A stretch of DNA of 24,966 nucleotides. Origin: Akkermansia sp. GTDB lineage: Bacteria; Verrucomicrobiota; Verrucomicrobiia; Limisphaerales; SIBH01. Of this stretch, positions 6,490-15,499 are shown one piece after another. Position numbers and translations under genes: made by a program. Where the stretch lies: positions 1 to 24,966 of the forward strand of contig JAYVNY010000153.1 in NCBI GenBank assembly GCA_043758205.1, read 5' to 3'. The notes beneath the pieces are model-generated. The model had not been told where the DNA came from. It worked only from the letters and a program-made list of their open reading frames with translations, and ran no database searches. The number at the start of each line of letters is the position of its first letter. Position 1 is the first letter of the stretch.

Positions 6490-7443
6490 ATGCGCCCTCA
6501 ACTCGCCATCCTTGCGACCATTCTGGTTTTTTCCGCCGCGTCGTCCTACGCGGACGACGGATGGGAGCGGGCGTCGCTCACGCTGATCGAAGAGAATGAC
6601 GTGGCGCTGTCGGACCGGAACTACACGCAGGGCGCGAAGATTCAATTCCTCTCCAGTGACCACGAGGACCGCGGATTTTTCACGTCCGTCGTGCCTGCGT
6701 TGGGCTATGACGCTCCCCGTTGGAAGTGGGGGCTGGAGACCGGCCATCAGATTTTTACGCCGGAAAATTTGCTGGAGACAAAATTGATTCGCAATGACCG
6801 GCCGTATGCCGGCTGGTTTTACGGCGGTTTGATTTTTCAACAGCGCGGCACCAATGCGCACGGCACGGGGGTGATGGAGACGTTCCGCCTGCGCGGGGGC
6901 GTGGTGGGTCCGAACTCACAGGCGGATCATTTGCAATCGTCGTGGCATCGCATGTTTGGCTTTGATCGCCCGAGCGGTTGGCGCAATCAGCTCAAGAACG
7001 AGGGCGGAGGGCAGTTCATTTATGACCGGCGTTACCGTTACGCCTGGGGCGACGCGTGGGCGGTGCAGCTTTTCCCCGAGGGCGGCGTGGATCTGGGCAA
7101 CATCCGTGTGGACGCGCACGCCGGCGGCACACTGCGCGCGGGCTACAACATCCCGAATGAATTTGGCCTCGGCGGTAGCACGCACGACGCGGATTTCGGC
7201 TGTCATCTCCTCGCGGGCGTGACGGGCTATGCGGTGGCGCTCGACGTTTTTCTCGACGGCAACAACTTTCGCCACAGCCACAGCGTGGACAAACACGAAC
7301 TGGTCGGCGAGGCACGCGTCGGCATCGCTTTCACCGCGCGGCATGTGGAATTCACCGTCACGCATGTGCGCCGTTCGCATGAGTTCGAGGCGCAGGATGA
7401 AAGCACCGGCTATACCTCGCTGGCCTTTGCCTTCAAGTTTTAG
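6490..7443 (+). CDS. LpxR-family (DUF2219) outer-membrane lipid A deacylase-like protein
   Basis: The ATG at 6490 gives the signal peptide MRPQLAILATILVFSAASSYA. Family blocks are ENDVALSDRNYTQG, GHQIFTPENL, DRPYAGWFYGG and VVGPNSQADHLQSSWHRMFGFDRPSGWRNQLKNE. The C-terminus ends in aromatic F (FAFKF), as in beta-barrel OMPs. The upstream part of ORF 6022 overlaps the previous gene in another frame and is rejected. Confidence 0.8.
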   Translation: MRPQLAILATILVFSAASSYADDGWERASLTLIEENDVALSDRNYTQGAKIQFLSSDHEDRGFFTSVVPALGYDAPRWKWGLETGHQIFTPENLLETKLIRNDRPYAGWFYGGLIFQQRGTNAHGTGVMETFRLRGGVVGPNSQADHLQSSWHRMFGFDRPSGWRNQLKNEGGGQFIYDRRYRYAWGDAWAVQLFPEGGVDLGNIRVDAHAGGTLRAGYNIPNEFGLGGSTHDADFGCHLLAGVTGYAVALDVFLDGNNFRHSHSVDKHELVGEARVGIAFTARHVEFTVTHVRRSHEFEAQDESTGYTSLAFAFKF

Positions 7444-7569
7444 CCCACCGGGCGGTCGTGGAACCGCCTCCGCCACGCCCTTTCCCGGGAATTAGTGCGA
7501 ACGGTTCGTTGCTTCAAGCTCCGCCTTCGCGCTAGGCTTCCTGACCGGGGACACAACCCGAAAACTCGC

Positions 7570-9522
7570 ATGACAACCAAATTATTTTCTGAACTGGGCA
7601 TCTCGCCCGAAGTGCTCAAGGCCATTGACAAGCTCGGCTTCGAGCAGGCGTCGCCCATCCAGGCCGAGGCCATCCCGGTGCTGATGTCGGGCCGCGACGC
7701 CGTGGGGCAGTCGCAGACCGGTTCGGGCAAAACGGCGGCGTTCGCCATTCCCGCCATCGAGAAAACGGATCCGAATTTGAAGACCGTGCAGGTGCTGATC
7801 CTCTGTCCGACGCGTGAACTGGCGGTCCAAGTTTGCGAGGAGACGCACAAGCTCGCGCTGTTCAAGCGCGGTATCACGCCGCTGCCCATCTACGGCGGGC
7901 AGTCGTACGAGCGGCAGTTCTGGGGCTTGAAGCAGGGCGCGCAGATCGTCATCGGCACGCCGGGCCGCGTCATGGATCACATGCGGCGCGGCACGCTCCG
8001 GCTCGACACGTTGAAGATGGTCGTTCTCGACGAGGCCGACGTGATGTTGAACATGGGCTTCCGCGAGGACATCGAGACGATTCTCAAGGACGCACCCAAG
8101 GAACGGCAGACGGTGTTTTTCTCGGCGACGATGCCGAGGCCCATTCGCGACCTGATCGAAAAATTTTCCAAGGAACCTGTGACGGTGAAGCCTGAGCAGA
8201 AGGCCATGACCGTGCCGACGGTCGAGCAGATGTATTACGAGGTGGACCGCCGTTTCAAAGTCGAGCTGCTCACGCGGCTCATTGACATTCACGACTACAA
8301 GCTCGGCATCGTCTTCTGCAACACCAAGCGCATGGTGGATGACCTCGTGGATCACTTGAACGCGCAGGGCTATTCCGCCGACCGTTTGCACGGCGACATG
8401 ACACAGGGGATGCGCGACCGCGTGATGAACAAGTTCCGCAAGTCGGGCCTGGAATTTCTCGTCGCGACGGACGTGGCCGCGCGCGGCATTGACGTGGACG
8501 ACGTGCAGGTGGTGTTCAACTACGACTTGCCCTACGACCCGGAAGATTATGTCCATCGCATCGGCCGCACCGGCCGCGCCGGGCGCAGCGGACGCGCCAT
8601 CTCGTTCGTGGCCGGGCGCGAGTTGTTTCAAATCCAGCACATCGAACGCTTCACCAAAACGCGCGTGCAGCGCGGGAAAATTCCGACCGAAGGCGAAGTG
8701 GAGCAGGCCAAGGCCGGCGCGTTCCTCGACAAGCTGCGCGCCACGCTCAAGGGCAATGAGTTTGTGAAACAGGACCGCCTGATTGAGACCTTGCTCGAAG
8801 AAGGCTTCACCTCCACGGACATCGCCTCGGCGCTGATTCACCACTTGCAGAACAACGAGGGCGCGGCGGCGAAGGGGGCGGAACCGCGCGAAGAATTTGG
8901 CGGACGCGAGGATCGCCGTGAGGACCGCCGCGACGAACGCGGTCGTGGTCCGGACCGTCGCGAAGACCGTCGTGAACGTCCGACGCGTGACTTTGATCAG
9001 CGCGGCCCGCGTGATGAAGGGGTCGGACGTTTCGGCCCGCCGCGCCCGGAGTGGCGTCGCGACGAACCGCGTGAGGCGCGCGTCCCCGCCGCCAAACGTC
9101 CCACGCCGTGGAAGCCTGCGCCCGTCGTCAAACCCGCCGCTGCGTCCGCGCCTGCTGCGCCCAAGGTAATTGCCGCCGCGCCCGCCGCCGAAGTTCCCCT
9201 GGCGAAACCGGCTCCGCGCAAAGAGTTTTCCCCGAAGCCCGCGCCCGCCAAGGCGGCGTTCGCGCCGAAAGAAAGCCGCGCCACGCCCGGCGACAAGACG
9301 CGTCTCTACATCAACGTGGGCAGCGCGATGGGCGTGGTGGCCCAGGACGTGGTGGCGGCGATCATGGGCGAGACGGGGTTGCAGCCCGCCGTGGTCGGGA
9401 CCATTGACATCCGCGAGCGGCATCTCTTCGCCGACGTGGCGAGCGAGCACGCCAACAGCATCATCGCGAAATTGAACCGCGCGCGCATCAAGGAGAACCG
9501 TGTGAAGGTGAAGGTGGCGTGA
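7570..9522 (+). CDS. DEAD-box ATP-dependent RNA helicase with a C-terminal DbpA-type RNA-binding domain
   Basis: Motifs seen are Q (GFEQASPIQ), I (SQTGSGKT), Ia (PTRELA), II (DEAD), III (SAT), V (ATDVAARGID) and VI (HRIGRTGRAG). A ~140-aa R/E/D-rich then P/A/K-rich linker follows. The C-terminal part (RLYINVG...GTIDIRERHLFADV) resembles the DbpA/DeaD RNA-binding domain. The ATG at 7570 matches the usual helicase N-terminus. Confidence 0.95.
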   Translation: MTTKLFSELGISPEVLKAIDKLGFEQASPIQAEAIPVLMSGRDAVGQSQTGSGKTAAFAIPAIEKTDPNLKTVQVLILCPTRELAVQVCEETHKLALFKRGITPLPIYGGQSYERQFWGLKQGAQIVIGTPGRVMDHMRRGTLRLDTLKMVVLDEADVMLNMGFREDIETILKDAPKERQTVFFSATMPRPIRDLIEKFSKEPVTVKPEQKAMTVPTVEQMYYEVDRRFKVELLTRLIDIHDYKLGIVFCNTKRMVDDLVDHLNAQGYSADRLHGDMTQGMRDRVMNKFRKSGLEFLVATDVAARGIDVDDVQVVFNYDLPYDPEDYVHRIGRTGRAGRSGRAISFVAGRELFQIQHIERFTKTRVQRGKIPTEGEVEQAKAGAFLDKLRATLKGNEFVKQDRLIETLLEEGFTSTDIASALIHHLQNNEGAAAKGAEPREEFGGREDRREDRRDERGRGPDRREDRRERPTRDFDQRGPRDEGVGRFGPPRPEWRRDEPREARVPAAKRPTPWKPAPVVKPAAASAPAAPKVIAAAPAAEVPLAKPAPRKEFSPKPAPAKAAFAPKESRATPGDKTRLYINVGSAMGVVAQDVVAAIMGETGLQPAVVGTIDIRERHLFADVASEHANSIIAKLNRARIKENRVKVKVA

Positions 9523-9541
9523 CCGCCGTTTCGTGGAAAAG

Positions 9542-9577
9542 TTTCAGGTGGCAAAGTCCTCGTCGGGACTCCTGAAA
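9542..9577. terminator. Putative hairpin terminator between the helicase gene and tRNA-Ala
   Basis: tttcagg (9542-9548) pairs with cctgaaa (9571-9577). An inner stem pairs agtcc (9555-9559) with ggact (9566-9570). On the minus strand the hairpin is followed by cttttcc, a weak U-tract, so it fits best as the tRNA-Ala terminator. It is weaker for the plus strand. Confidence 0.4.
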
Positions 9578-9586
9578 TTAAAAGGT

Positions 9587-9662
9587 TGGTGGAGCCTAGG
9601 GGATTCGAACCCCTGACCCCCACAATGCCATTGTGGTGCTCTACCAACTGAGCTAAGACCCC
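9587..9662 (-). tRNA. tRNA-Ala (anticodon GGC), CCA encoded
   Basis: The reverse complement folds as ggggtct ta gctc agttggta gagc a ccaca atGGCat tgtgg gggtc agggg ttcgaat cccct aggctcc a cca. All four stems pair. The G3:U70 alanine identity pair is present. Length is 76 nt. Confidence 0.92.
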
Positions 9663-9674
9663 AACCGGGCGGCG

Positions 9675-9703
9675 AAGGTATGGAGGTGCGCGGAGGTTGT
9701 CAA
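9675..9703 (-). promoter_or_regulatory. Putative sigma70-type promoter of tRNA-Ala
   Basis: On the minus strand TTGACA (9703-9698) is followed by a 17-nt spacer and TACCTT (9680-9675). The hexamer ends 12 nt upstream of the mature tRNA 5' end. The same TTGACx/TACCTT pair occurs upstream of tRNA-Gln. Confidence 0.35.
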
Positions 9704-9780
9704 AAGGTGTTTTCATCCGGCGCGCTTTTACGCGGAGCGGAGAATTTTCGAGGGCGGGCCAAGTCAGGCGGGGCCGGAAA

Positions 9781-11316
9781 TCAACGCTGCGCGGTGACGC
9801 GGTCGGGCGCGTTCAAGCTGTGGAGCGCATTGAGCGAATCCGTGGCGCGGCTCGCCTGGGTCAGCAAAGGCTGAGGATACACCCCGATAAAAACGATCCC
9901 CGCCATGCAGACAAGCAGCGCAAGTTTTGTCGCCAGGGGAACATTGATGGAGGAAACTTCCGCTGAACCGTCCGACCAGTAAATCGCCCGCACCACGCCG
10001 AAGTAGTAGTAGAGCGAGATGACCACGCCCACGATGGCCACGCCCGCGAGCCAGTAATAACCGTGGTTCGTCGGGCCTTGTTCCACGATGGATTTGAGCA
10101 AAAGAAACTTGCCGAAGAAACCGGCCAGCGGCGGAATGCCCGCCAGGGAAACCATCGCCAGCGTCATGGCCGTGGCGAGGAAGGGCGAACGGCGGTTCAG
10201 TCCGACGAGATTGCTCACGTCGTCCGTCTCGGTCTGCCGCGAGACCACCGCGATGACGGTGAAGGCGGCGATGACGGTGAACAGATAGCCGGTGAGGTAA
10301 TAAACGATGGCGGTGGAACCCGCACGGGTCAGGGCGGCAAAACCCATCAGCAGATAACCCGCGTGGGCGATGCTGGAGTAGCCGAGCAGGCGCTTGAGGT
10401 TGCGCTGCGGAATGGCGCAGAGGTTGCCGTAGAGAATGGTGAGCGCCGACAGTACCATGAGAAATTTTTCCCAATGCAGCGTGATGTCCGGCACCGCCGT
10501 GAACAGCACGCGCAGCAGCAGCACGATGCCGGCGGCCTTCGATCCAACGGCGAGGAACGCGGTCGTGGGGGCGGGCGAACCTTGATAAACGTCCGGCGCC
10601 CAAATCTGGAACGGCACCATCGCAATCTTAAAACCAAGTCCCGCCATGATGAGCAGCACACCCGCGATCAGCGTCTTCGGCACGGCGTTGTGCTCGCTCA
10701 CATACTTCACGTATTGCGCGAGATCGGCAAAGTTCATGCCGTTCAACGCCGTGTTCGCGACGGTCGTGGTCGCCGTGCCATAAACCAGCGCAATGCCGAA
10801 CACCGTGAACCCGGTCGAGAGTCCGCCGATGACGAGATACTTCACGCCCGCTTCCAGCGACTGCACCTTGCTGCGCTGAAAACTCGTCAGCACGTAGAAC
10901 GTCACGGTGATGAGTTCGAGCGAAACGAAGAGCAGCACGAAGTCATTCGCTGATGAGGCGAACATCATGCCCGAAAGCGCGAAGAGGATGAGCGAGTAGT
11001 ATTCCGAAATGCCCGCCTCGATGCGGTCGGCAAACTCCGCCGCCATGATGAGCACAAGCACGGCGGCAACGAGAAAGAAGCGTTTGAAGAACAGGGCCAG
11101 CGGATCGAGCACGTAGCTTTTCCCAGCGGCGAACTGGGCGTCGCCAAGACTCGTGAAGAAACTGCTGAACGAGCAGGCGAAAATTACGGCCACGATCAGC
11201 GCGGCGGCGTAGCCGAGCTTGCGCTTGTGCTCGGGGGCCGTCCACAGGTCGAGCAGCAGAATGCCCAAGCCGGCGAGGACCACCGCGATTTCGAGACTCA
11301 TCAGGGAAGCGTTCAT
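9781..11316 (-). CDS. nuoN: NADH-quinone oxidoreductase subunit N
   Basis: A 511-aa polytopic membrane protein of the Mrp-antiporter-like fold. Family-typical stretches include GLSTGFTVFGIALVYG, PFQIWAPDVYQGSPAPTTAFLAVGSKAAG and LLGYSSIAHAGYLL. It is the last gene of the nuo string. Confidence 0.93.
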   Translation of the reverse strand: MNASLMSLEIAVVLAGLGILLLDLWTAPEHKRKLGYAAALIVAVIFACSFSSFFTSLGDAQFAAGKSYVLDPLALFFKRFFLVAAVLVLIMAAEFADRIEAGISEYYSLILFALSGMMFASSANDFVLLFVSLELITVTFYVLTSFQRSKVQSLEAGVKYLVIGGLSTGFTVFGIALVYGTATTTVANTALNGMNFADLAQYVKYVSEHNAVPKTLIAGVLLIMAGLGFKIAMVPFQIWAPDVYQGSPAPTTAFLAVGSKAAGIVLLLRVLFTAVPDITLHWEKFLMVLSALTILYGNLCAIPQRNLKRLLGYSSIAHAGYLLMGFAALTRAGSTAIVYYLTGYLFTVIAAFTVIAVVSRQTETDDVSNLVGLNRRSPFLATAMTLAMVSLAGIPPLAGFFGKFLLLKSIVEQGPTNHGYYWLAGVAIVGVVISLYYYFGVVRAIYWSDGSAEVSSINVPLATKLALLVCMAGIVFIGVYPQPLLTQASRATDSLNALHSLNAPDRVTAQR

Positions 11317-11317
11317 C

Positions 11318-11710
11318 TTATTCCAAACTGGCGACGTGCCGGTATCTTCGGATGCGGGTATCCGTCGTTACGACCGGACAATTGTTCAACCGAGCCTGCG
11401 CCACCACGAGCCGGTCAATGGGATCCTCGTGGAAATCCACGGGTAGCTTATCGGCGGCTTCGATGAGCGCCACGCCAATCGGAATTACCGACCAGTTGAA
11501 CCGGGCCACATGAAACTGAAACCATTCCGGCCACAAGCGGTCCAACTGGAGCCGCTGTCGGCGCACGGCGCAGGCGATTTCCCACGCGCTGGCCGCCAGT
11601 ACCTCCACCTCCGCCGCCGGGTCTTCGAGATCGCGACGGACTGCTTCGCTCAATCGCTGCGGCGTGAGCGAGAGAAAGATGACGGCGCAGGTATCCAGGA
11701 CAAATTTCAC
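11318..11710 (-). CDS. vapC: PIN-domain toxin (VapC family)
   Basis: The GTG at 11710 overlaps the antitoxin stop (GTGA). The four PIN acidic positions are present: VLDTCAV, SAWEIA, PIDRLVV and VTTDTR. The stop TAA at 11318-11320 lies 1 nt before the nuoN ATG at 11316. Confidence 0.85.
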   Translation of the reverse strand: MKFVLDTCAVIFLSLTPQRLSEAVRRDLEDPAAEVEVLAASAWEIACAVRRQRLQLDRLWPEWFQFHVARFNWSVIPIGVALIEAADKLPVDFHEDPIDRLVVAQARLNNCPVVTTDTRIRRYRHVASLE

Positions 11711-11958
11711 GGGAAGCTTTTGCCGGTGAGCATGTCCCAATCGCCTTCAGGGATGAGCGGCTCATCCAGAGGGCCGAGAATTTTTCCGGTGCCAGTCCCG
11801 CAACCGAACTTGGTCCGGTTTCGCTTTTCCGCCATCGGAACCAGTTTCGCGACGGGCACGCTTTCCTTCGTCAGCACGACCTCGTCCCCGCGTTGCACGT
11901 CGGCGAGGTATTCCGCGAGGTGGCTTCCGAAATCGGCAATGGTGGCGGTCTTCGTCAT
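11707..11958 (-). CDS. Phd/YefM-type antitoxin
   Basis: An 83-aa protein. The N-terminus MTKTATIADFGSHLAEYLADVQRGDEVVLTKESVPVAKLVP matches the Phd/YefM pattern (xxFxxxLxxxLxxVxxGxxVxITxxGxPVAxLVP). It overlaps the downstream PIN gene by 4 nt. The ATG lies 12 nt after the nuoM stop. Confidence 0.78.
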   Translation of the reverse strand: MTKTATIADFGSHLAEYLADVQRGDEVVLTKESVPVAKLVPMAEKRNRTKFGCGTGTGKILGPLDEPLIPEGDWDMLTGKSFP

Positions 11959-11970
11959 GGCGGCAGCGTA

Positions 11971-13560
11971 TCAGTGGGGCGGGGCGACAGCGAGCGCGGG
12001 TTGCGCCGTGCTGGCCACCTTCTTCGGCGCATTGGCCGGATTGGCCATCGGCGATTTGCCATTGGTCATCGCCACGATCTCCTTCACCGCTGGTTCAATC
12101 TTGCTCGTGAGCAAACGTGGCGCGATGCCGAAGAGCAGCAGCGCCACGATGAGCAAGGCGAACGGAACCTTGCGCCACAGGCTGGCGTCCTGAACGGCGG
12201 GCAATCCTTCCGCCGCCGGGCCGTGCAGGATGTTCCGCACCGCGCGCAGCATGTAGATGGCGCCCACGACCAGTGCGCCCCACGCAGCGACGACGACGAA
12301 GGGTGAAAGAGTTTTCCACGCGCCGAAGAGGGTGAGCAGTTCACCGGCGAAATTCGCGAAGCCCGGCAGGCCGCAGCCCGCCATCGCGGCCATGATGAGT
12401 GCGGTGCCGATGAACGGCATCTTCTTGAGCAGGCCACCGAGCTTGCTGATTTCCAGCGTGCCGGTCTGCTCGTTCAAGTAGCCGCTCAGGCCGAAGCTCA
12501 ACGCCGCGAGCAGACCGTGCGCGATCATCACGACCACCGTGCCAGTGATGCCGATGACGCTCAGGCTGGCAAGGCCGAGAAAACAAAAGCCCATGTGCGC
12601 CACGCTGGAATTGCCGAGCAGGAAATTGAAATCGCGCTGACGCATCGCCACCCAGCCGCAGTAAAGAATGTTGCCGAGCGCGAGCCACGCGATGAGATGC
12701 AGGTGCGCTTTGGCGACATCGGGCGCGAAGGGAATCGCGATGCGAATGAGACCGTAGAGTCCAAACTTCTTCAGCACGCCCGCGTGCAGCATGGCCGTGG
12801 CGGCGGGCGCGGAGCCGTAGCCGAGGGGAGCCCAGGTGTGGAACGGAAACAGCGATACGAGAATGCCGAAGCCGAAAAGCAGCAGCGGGAAGACGACCAT
12901 CTGCGAGGAGACGGACAGCGGCGTGGTTTTCAGAAACGCCGTGAGTTGCACGAGATCGAACGTGCGCAGGCCGGACTGGAGGTAGAGCGCGATGAGGCCC
13001 ATCAACGCGATGAGCGCCCCGATGCTGAGATACATCGTGATCTGGAAGGTCGCGTAGGTCTTCTGCTCACCGCGTCCCCACACGCCGATCATGATGAACG
13101 TCGGCACCAGCGCGAGTTCGTGGAACGCGTAGAAGAAGAACAGGTCGAGCGACGCGAACGCGCCGAGGATGCCGCCAATCATCACCAGCAGCAGCACGTA
13201 GAACATCTTGACCTGCTTTTCGATGCGGTGCGACACGCACGTCGCAGCGAAGGCGACGATGGCACCCATCAAAATCAGCCCGACGTTGATGCCGTCCACT
13301 CCGACGTGGAAATTCATGCCCAAAGCCGGAACCCAATCAACCAACTGCGTAAATTGGTAATTGCCATGAAGTGTCGCGTGTTCCGCTGAAGGCGCAAACA
13401 TTGGGTCGAACTTCGCAAACATCACCACGGCCAGAACCATCGACGCGAACGTGCTGACCAAAGCGACGATGCGGATGGCGAAGCGATACTCGCGCGGAAT
13501 CAACGCCACGATCAGCGCTCCGAGGAACGGTGCCAGGATGATGTAGGTGAGGAGCGACAT
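11971..13560 (-). CDS. nuoM: NADH-quinone oxidoreductase subunit M
   Basis: Polytopic antiporter-like subunit. Family-typical stretches include FFFYAFHELALVPTFIMIGVWG, PFHTWAPLGYGSAPAATAMLHAGVLKKFGLYGL and LGNSSVAHMGF. The ATG at 13560 lies 1 nt after the nuoL stop and is preferred over the upstream alternative at 13575. About 40 aa at the C-terminus form a low-complexity tail. Confidence 0.92.
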   Translation of the reverse strand: MSLLTYIILAPFLGALIVALIPREYRFAIRIVALVSTFASMVLAVVMFAKFDPMFAPSAEHATLHGNYQFTQLVDWVPALGMNFHVGVDGINVGLILMGAIVAFAATCVSHRIEKQVKMFYVLLLVMIGGILGAFASLDLFFFYAFHELALVPTFIMIGVWGRGEQKTYATFQITMYLSIGALIALMGLIALYLQSGLRTFDLVQLTAFLKTTPLSVSSQMVVFPLLLFGFGILVSLFPFHTWAPLGYGSAPAATAMLHAGVLKKFGLYGLIRIAIPFAPDVAKAHLHLIAWLALGNILYCGWVAMRQRDFNFLLGNSSVAHMGFCFLGLASLSVIGITGTVVVMIAHGLLAALSFGLSGYLNEQTGTLEISKLGGLLKKMPFIGTALIMAAMAGCGLPGFANFAGELLTLFGAWKTLSPFVVVAAWGALVVGAIYMLRAVRNILHGPAAEGLPAVQDASLWRKVPFALLIVALLLFGIAPRLLTSKIEPAVKEIVAMTNGKSPMANPANAPKKVASTAQPALAVAPPH

Positions 13561-13561
13561 G

Positions 13562-15499
13562 CTATTTGAGAACAAGAATCAGCACCAAGGCTACGCCGAG
13601 CGCGAAGAGGAAGGCGTAGGTCTGGAGATTGCCGGTCTGCACCATGCGCAGGGCGCGGCCGAAAATTTCCGTGCTGCCATGCACGCCGCGCACGCCGAGT
13701 CCGGCGATGATCCAACGGTCGAACCAATCAGCCAGTTTTGAGAGCGCCTCGTGCGTCACGGAGATGAGCGCGGAGTAAAGTTCGTCGAAGTAAAAGCGGT
13801 TCTGCATGGCGCGCGAGAGCCAGCCGAGCTTGGTGACGAGCGGATCCTTGGTCGCGTTCCAGTAGGTCGCGTAGGCCAGGCTGATGCCAACGAGCGCGGC
13901 GAGAATGCCGAACATCGCGGCGAGCAGGTTGTGGCCGAAGGGTTGCAGCAGTGACTCAATCCAGCCGCCGTGGTGCGCTTCGCCGGTAACAAACATTTTA
14001 CCGACAAAGACTTCAATGCCAATGAAGCCGCCGATGACGGAGAACACCGCGAGGATGATGAGCGGCGTGGTCATCACCTTCGGCGATTCGTGGGCGTGTC
14101 CGGCAGCGTCGCTTTTGGCCGGGCCGAAGAAGACTACGAAGAGCAAACGGAACATGTAGAACGCGGTGAGCGCGGCGACGAAAACAGCGACGGCGAACAG
14201 AATCGGTTTGTGCTCAGCGGCTTGCGCAAGAATCGAGTCTTTCGAGTAGAAGCCCGCCAGCGGCCAGATGCCGGCTAGCGCGAGCGTGCCGAGCAGGAAG
14301 GTCTTCCAAGTGACGGGCAGTTTGTGACGGAGCGCGCCCATTTTCCAAATGTCCTGCTCGTGGTGCATGGCGTGAATCACGGAGCCGGCCCCGAGAAACA
14401 GGAGCGCCTTGAAGAACGCGTGCGTGGTCAGGTGGAACATCGCGGGCGTCGGCCCGGCGAGACCGACGGACATGACCATGTAGCCGAGTTGCGAGAGCGT
14501 GGAGTAGGCGAGGATGCGCTTGATGTCGTTCTGTTGCACCGCGATGAGGGCGGCGAGCAGCGCGGTGAAGCCGCCGATCCACGCGATGACATCGAGCGCG
14601 GTCCAGCCGTTCATGAAGGCCATCGCCTCCGGCCACACGGTGCTGGAGCCGAAGATGAAGAACACGCGGCAGAGCATGTAAACGCCCGCGGCCACCATCG
14701 TCGCGGCGTGGATGAGCGCGGAGACGGGCGTCGGGCCTTCCATCGCGTCCGGCAGCCAGACGTGGAGCGGGAACTGCGCGGACTTGCCCATCGCGCCGCA
14801 GAAGATCAGCAGGCCGATGACGTTGATCCAGATGCCCAACTGTTCAGGATTGTTGGCCAGCTTCAATTGCAACGCATCGAAGTTCACGAGGCCGTTCGTC
14901 GCGGTCCACAACATGATGATGCCGATCAGAAAGCCAAAGTCGCCGAGACGGTTCGTGATGAAGGCCTTCTTCGCCGCGTCGCCTGCCGACGGTTTCTCGT
15001 ACCAGAAGCCGATCAGCAGGTAGCTGGAAACGCCGACGAGTTCCCAGAAGATGAACATCATCACGAAGTTGTTCGCGAGGACGATGCCGAGCATCGAGAA
15101 GGTGAACAGGCTCAGGCAGGCGAAGAAGCGCGAGAAGCCCGGGTCTTCGCGCATGTAGCCGTAGGAGTAGATGTGAATCATCAGGCCCACGCCGGTGACG
15201 ACGTGCAGCATCATCAGACTGAGCGCATCGAGGCGCAGGCCGATGTCGATCTTCAACTGATCGCCGCCGGGAAGTCCGACCGAGAGCCAGCCGAACGGCG
15301 TCGCCTCGATGCCTTTCGCCAAATCAATCCCCTGCAAACCGAAGAGCAGCACCAGCGTGATGACCAATCCCGCGCCAATCGCCCCGATCGAAATTAGTGC
15401 GCTGAGGTTCTTCGCGCGTTGCGTGAACAGGGCGATGACCACCGCCGCCGCGAGTGGCAGCAGCAGGACCAGCCAGGCCAGATTTTCCGGGTTGTCCAT
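13562..15499 (-). CDS. nuoL: NADH-quinone oxidoreductase subunit L
   Basis: The ATG at 15499 shares one base with the nuoK stop (TAATG). The N-terminus is [25 protein letters not shown]. Family-typical stretches include FIFWELVGVSSYLLIGFW, GKSAQFPLHVWLPDAMEGPTPVSALIHAATMV and LAYSTLSQLGYM. The ORF-track extension to 15934 reads through nuoK in another frame. Confidence 0.93.
   Translation of the reverse strand: MDNPENLAWLVLLLPLAAAVVIALFTQRAKNLSALISIGAIGAGLVITLVLLFGLQGIDLAKGIEATPFGWLSVGLPGGDQLKIDIGLRLDALSLMMLHVVTGVGLMIHIYSYGYMREDPGFSRFFACLSLFTFSMLGIVLANNFVMMFIFWELVGVSSYLLIGFWYEKPSAGDAAKKAFITNRLGDFGFLIGIIMLWTATNGLVNFDALQLKLANNPEQLGIWINVIGLLIFCGAMGKSAQFPLHVWLPDAMEGPTPVSALIHAATMVAAGVYMLCRVFFIFGSSTVWPEAMAFMNGWTALDVIAWIGGFTALLAALIAVQQNDIKRILAYSTLSQLGYMVMSVGLAGPTPAMFHLTTHAFFKALLFLGAGSVIHAMHHEQDIWKMGALRHKLPVTWKTFLLGTLALAGIWPLAGFYSKDSILAQAAEHKPILFAVAVFVAALTAFYMFRLLFVVFFGPAKSDAAGHAHESPKVMTTPLIILAVFSVIGGFIGIEVFVGKMFVTGEAHHGGWIESLLQPFGHNLLAAMFGILAALVGISLAYATYWNATKDPLVTKLGWLSRAMQNRFYFDELYSALISVTHEALSKLADWFDRWIIAGLGVRGVHGSTEIFGRALRMVQTGNLQTYAFLFALGVALVLILVLK

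Noticed and set aside
7444-7569. Possible riboswitch or structured leader upstream of the DEAD-box helicase
   Set aside because: Only short hairpins are visible (ggcgg...ccgcc, cgaac g gttcg). I cannot match them to any known riboswitch consensus by eye. The region is left as an unannotated 5' UTR or promoter region.
7582-9450. 622-aa minus-strand ORF opposite the DEAD-box helicase
   Set aside because: The plus strand carries the Q, I, Ia, II, III, V and VI helicase motifs. The antisense product is R/H/G/A-rich with no recognisable domain, a typical open antisense frame in high-GC DNA.
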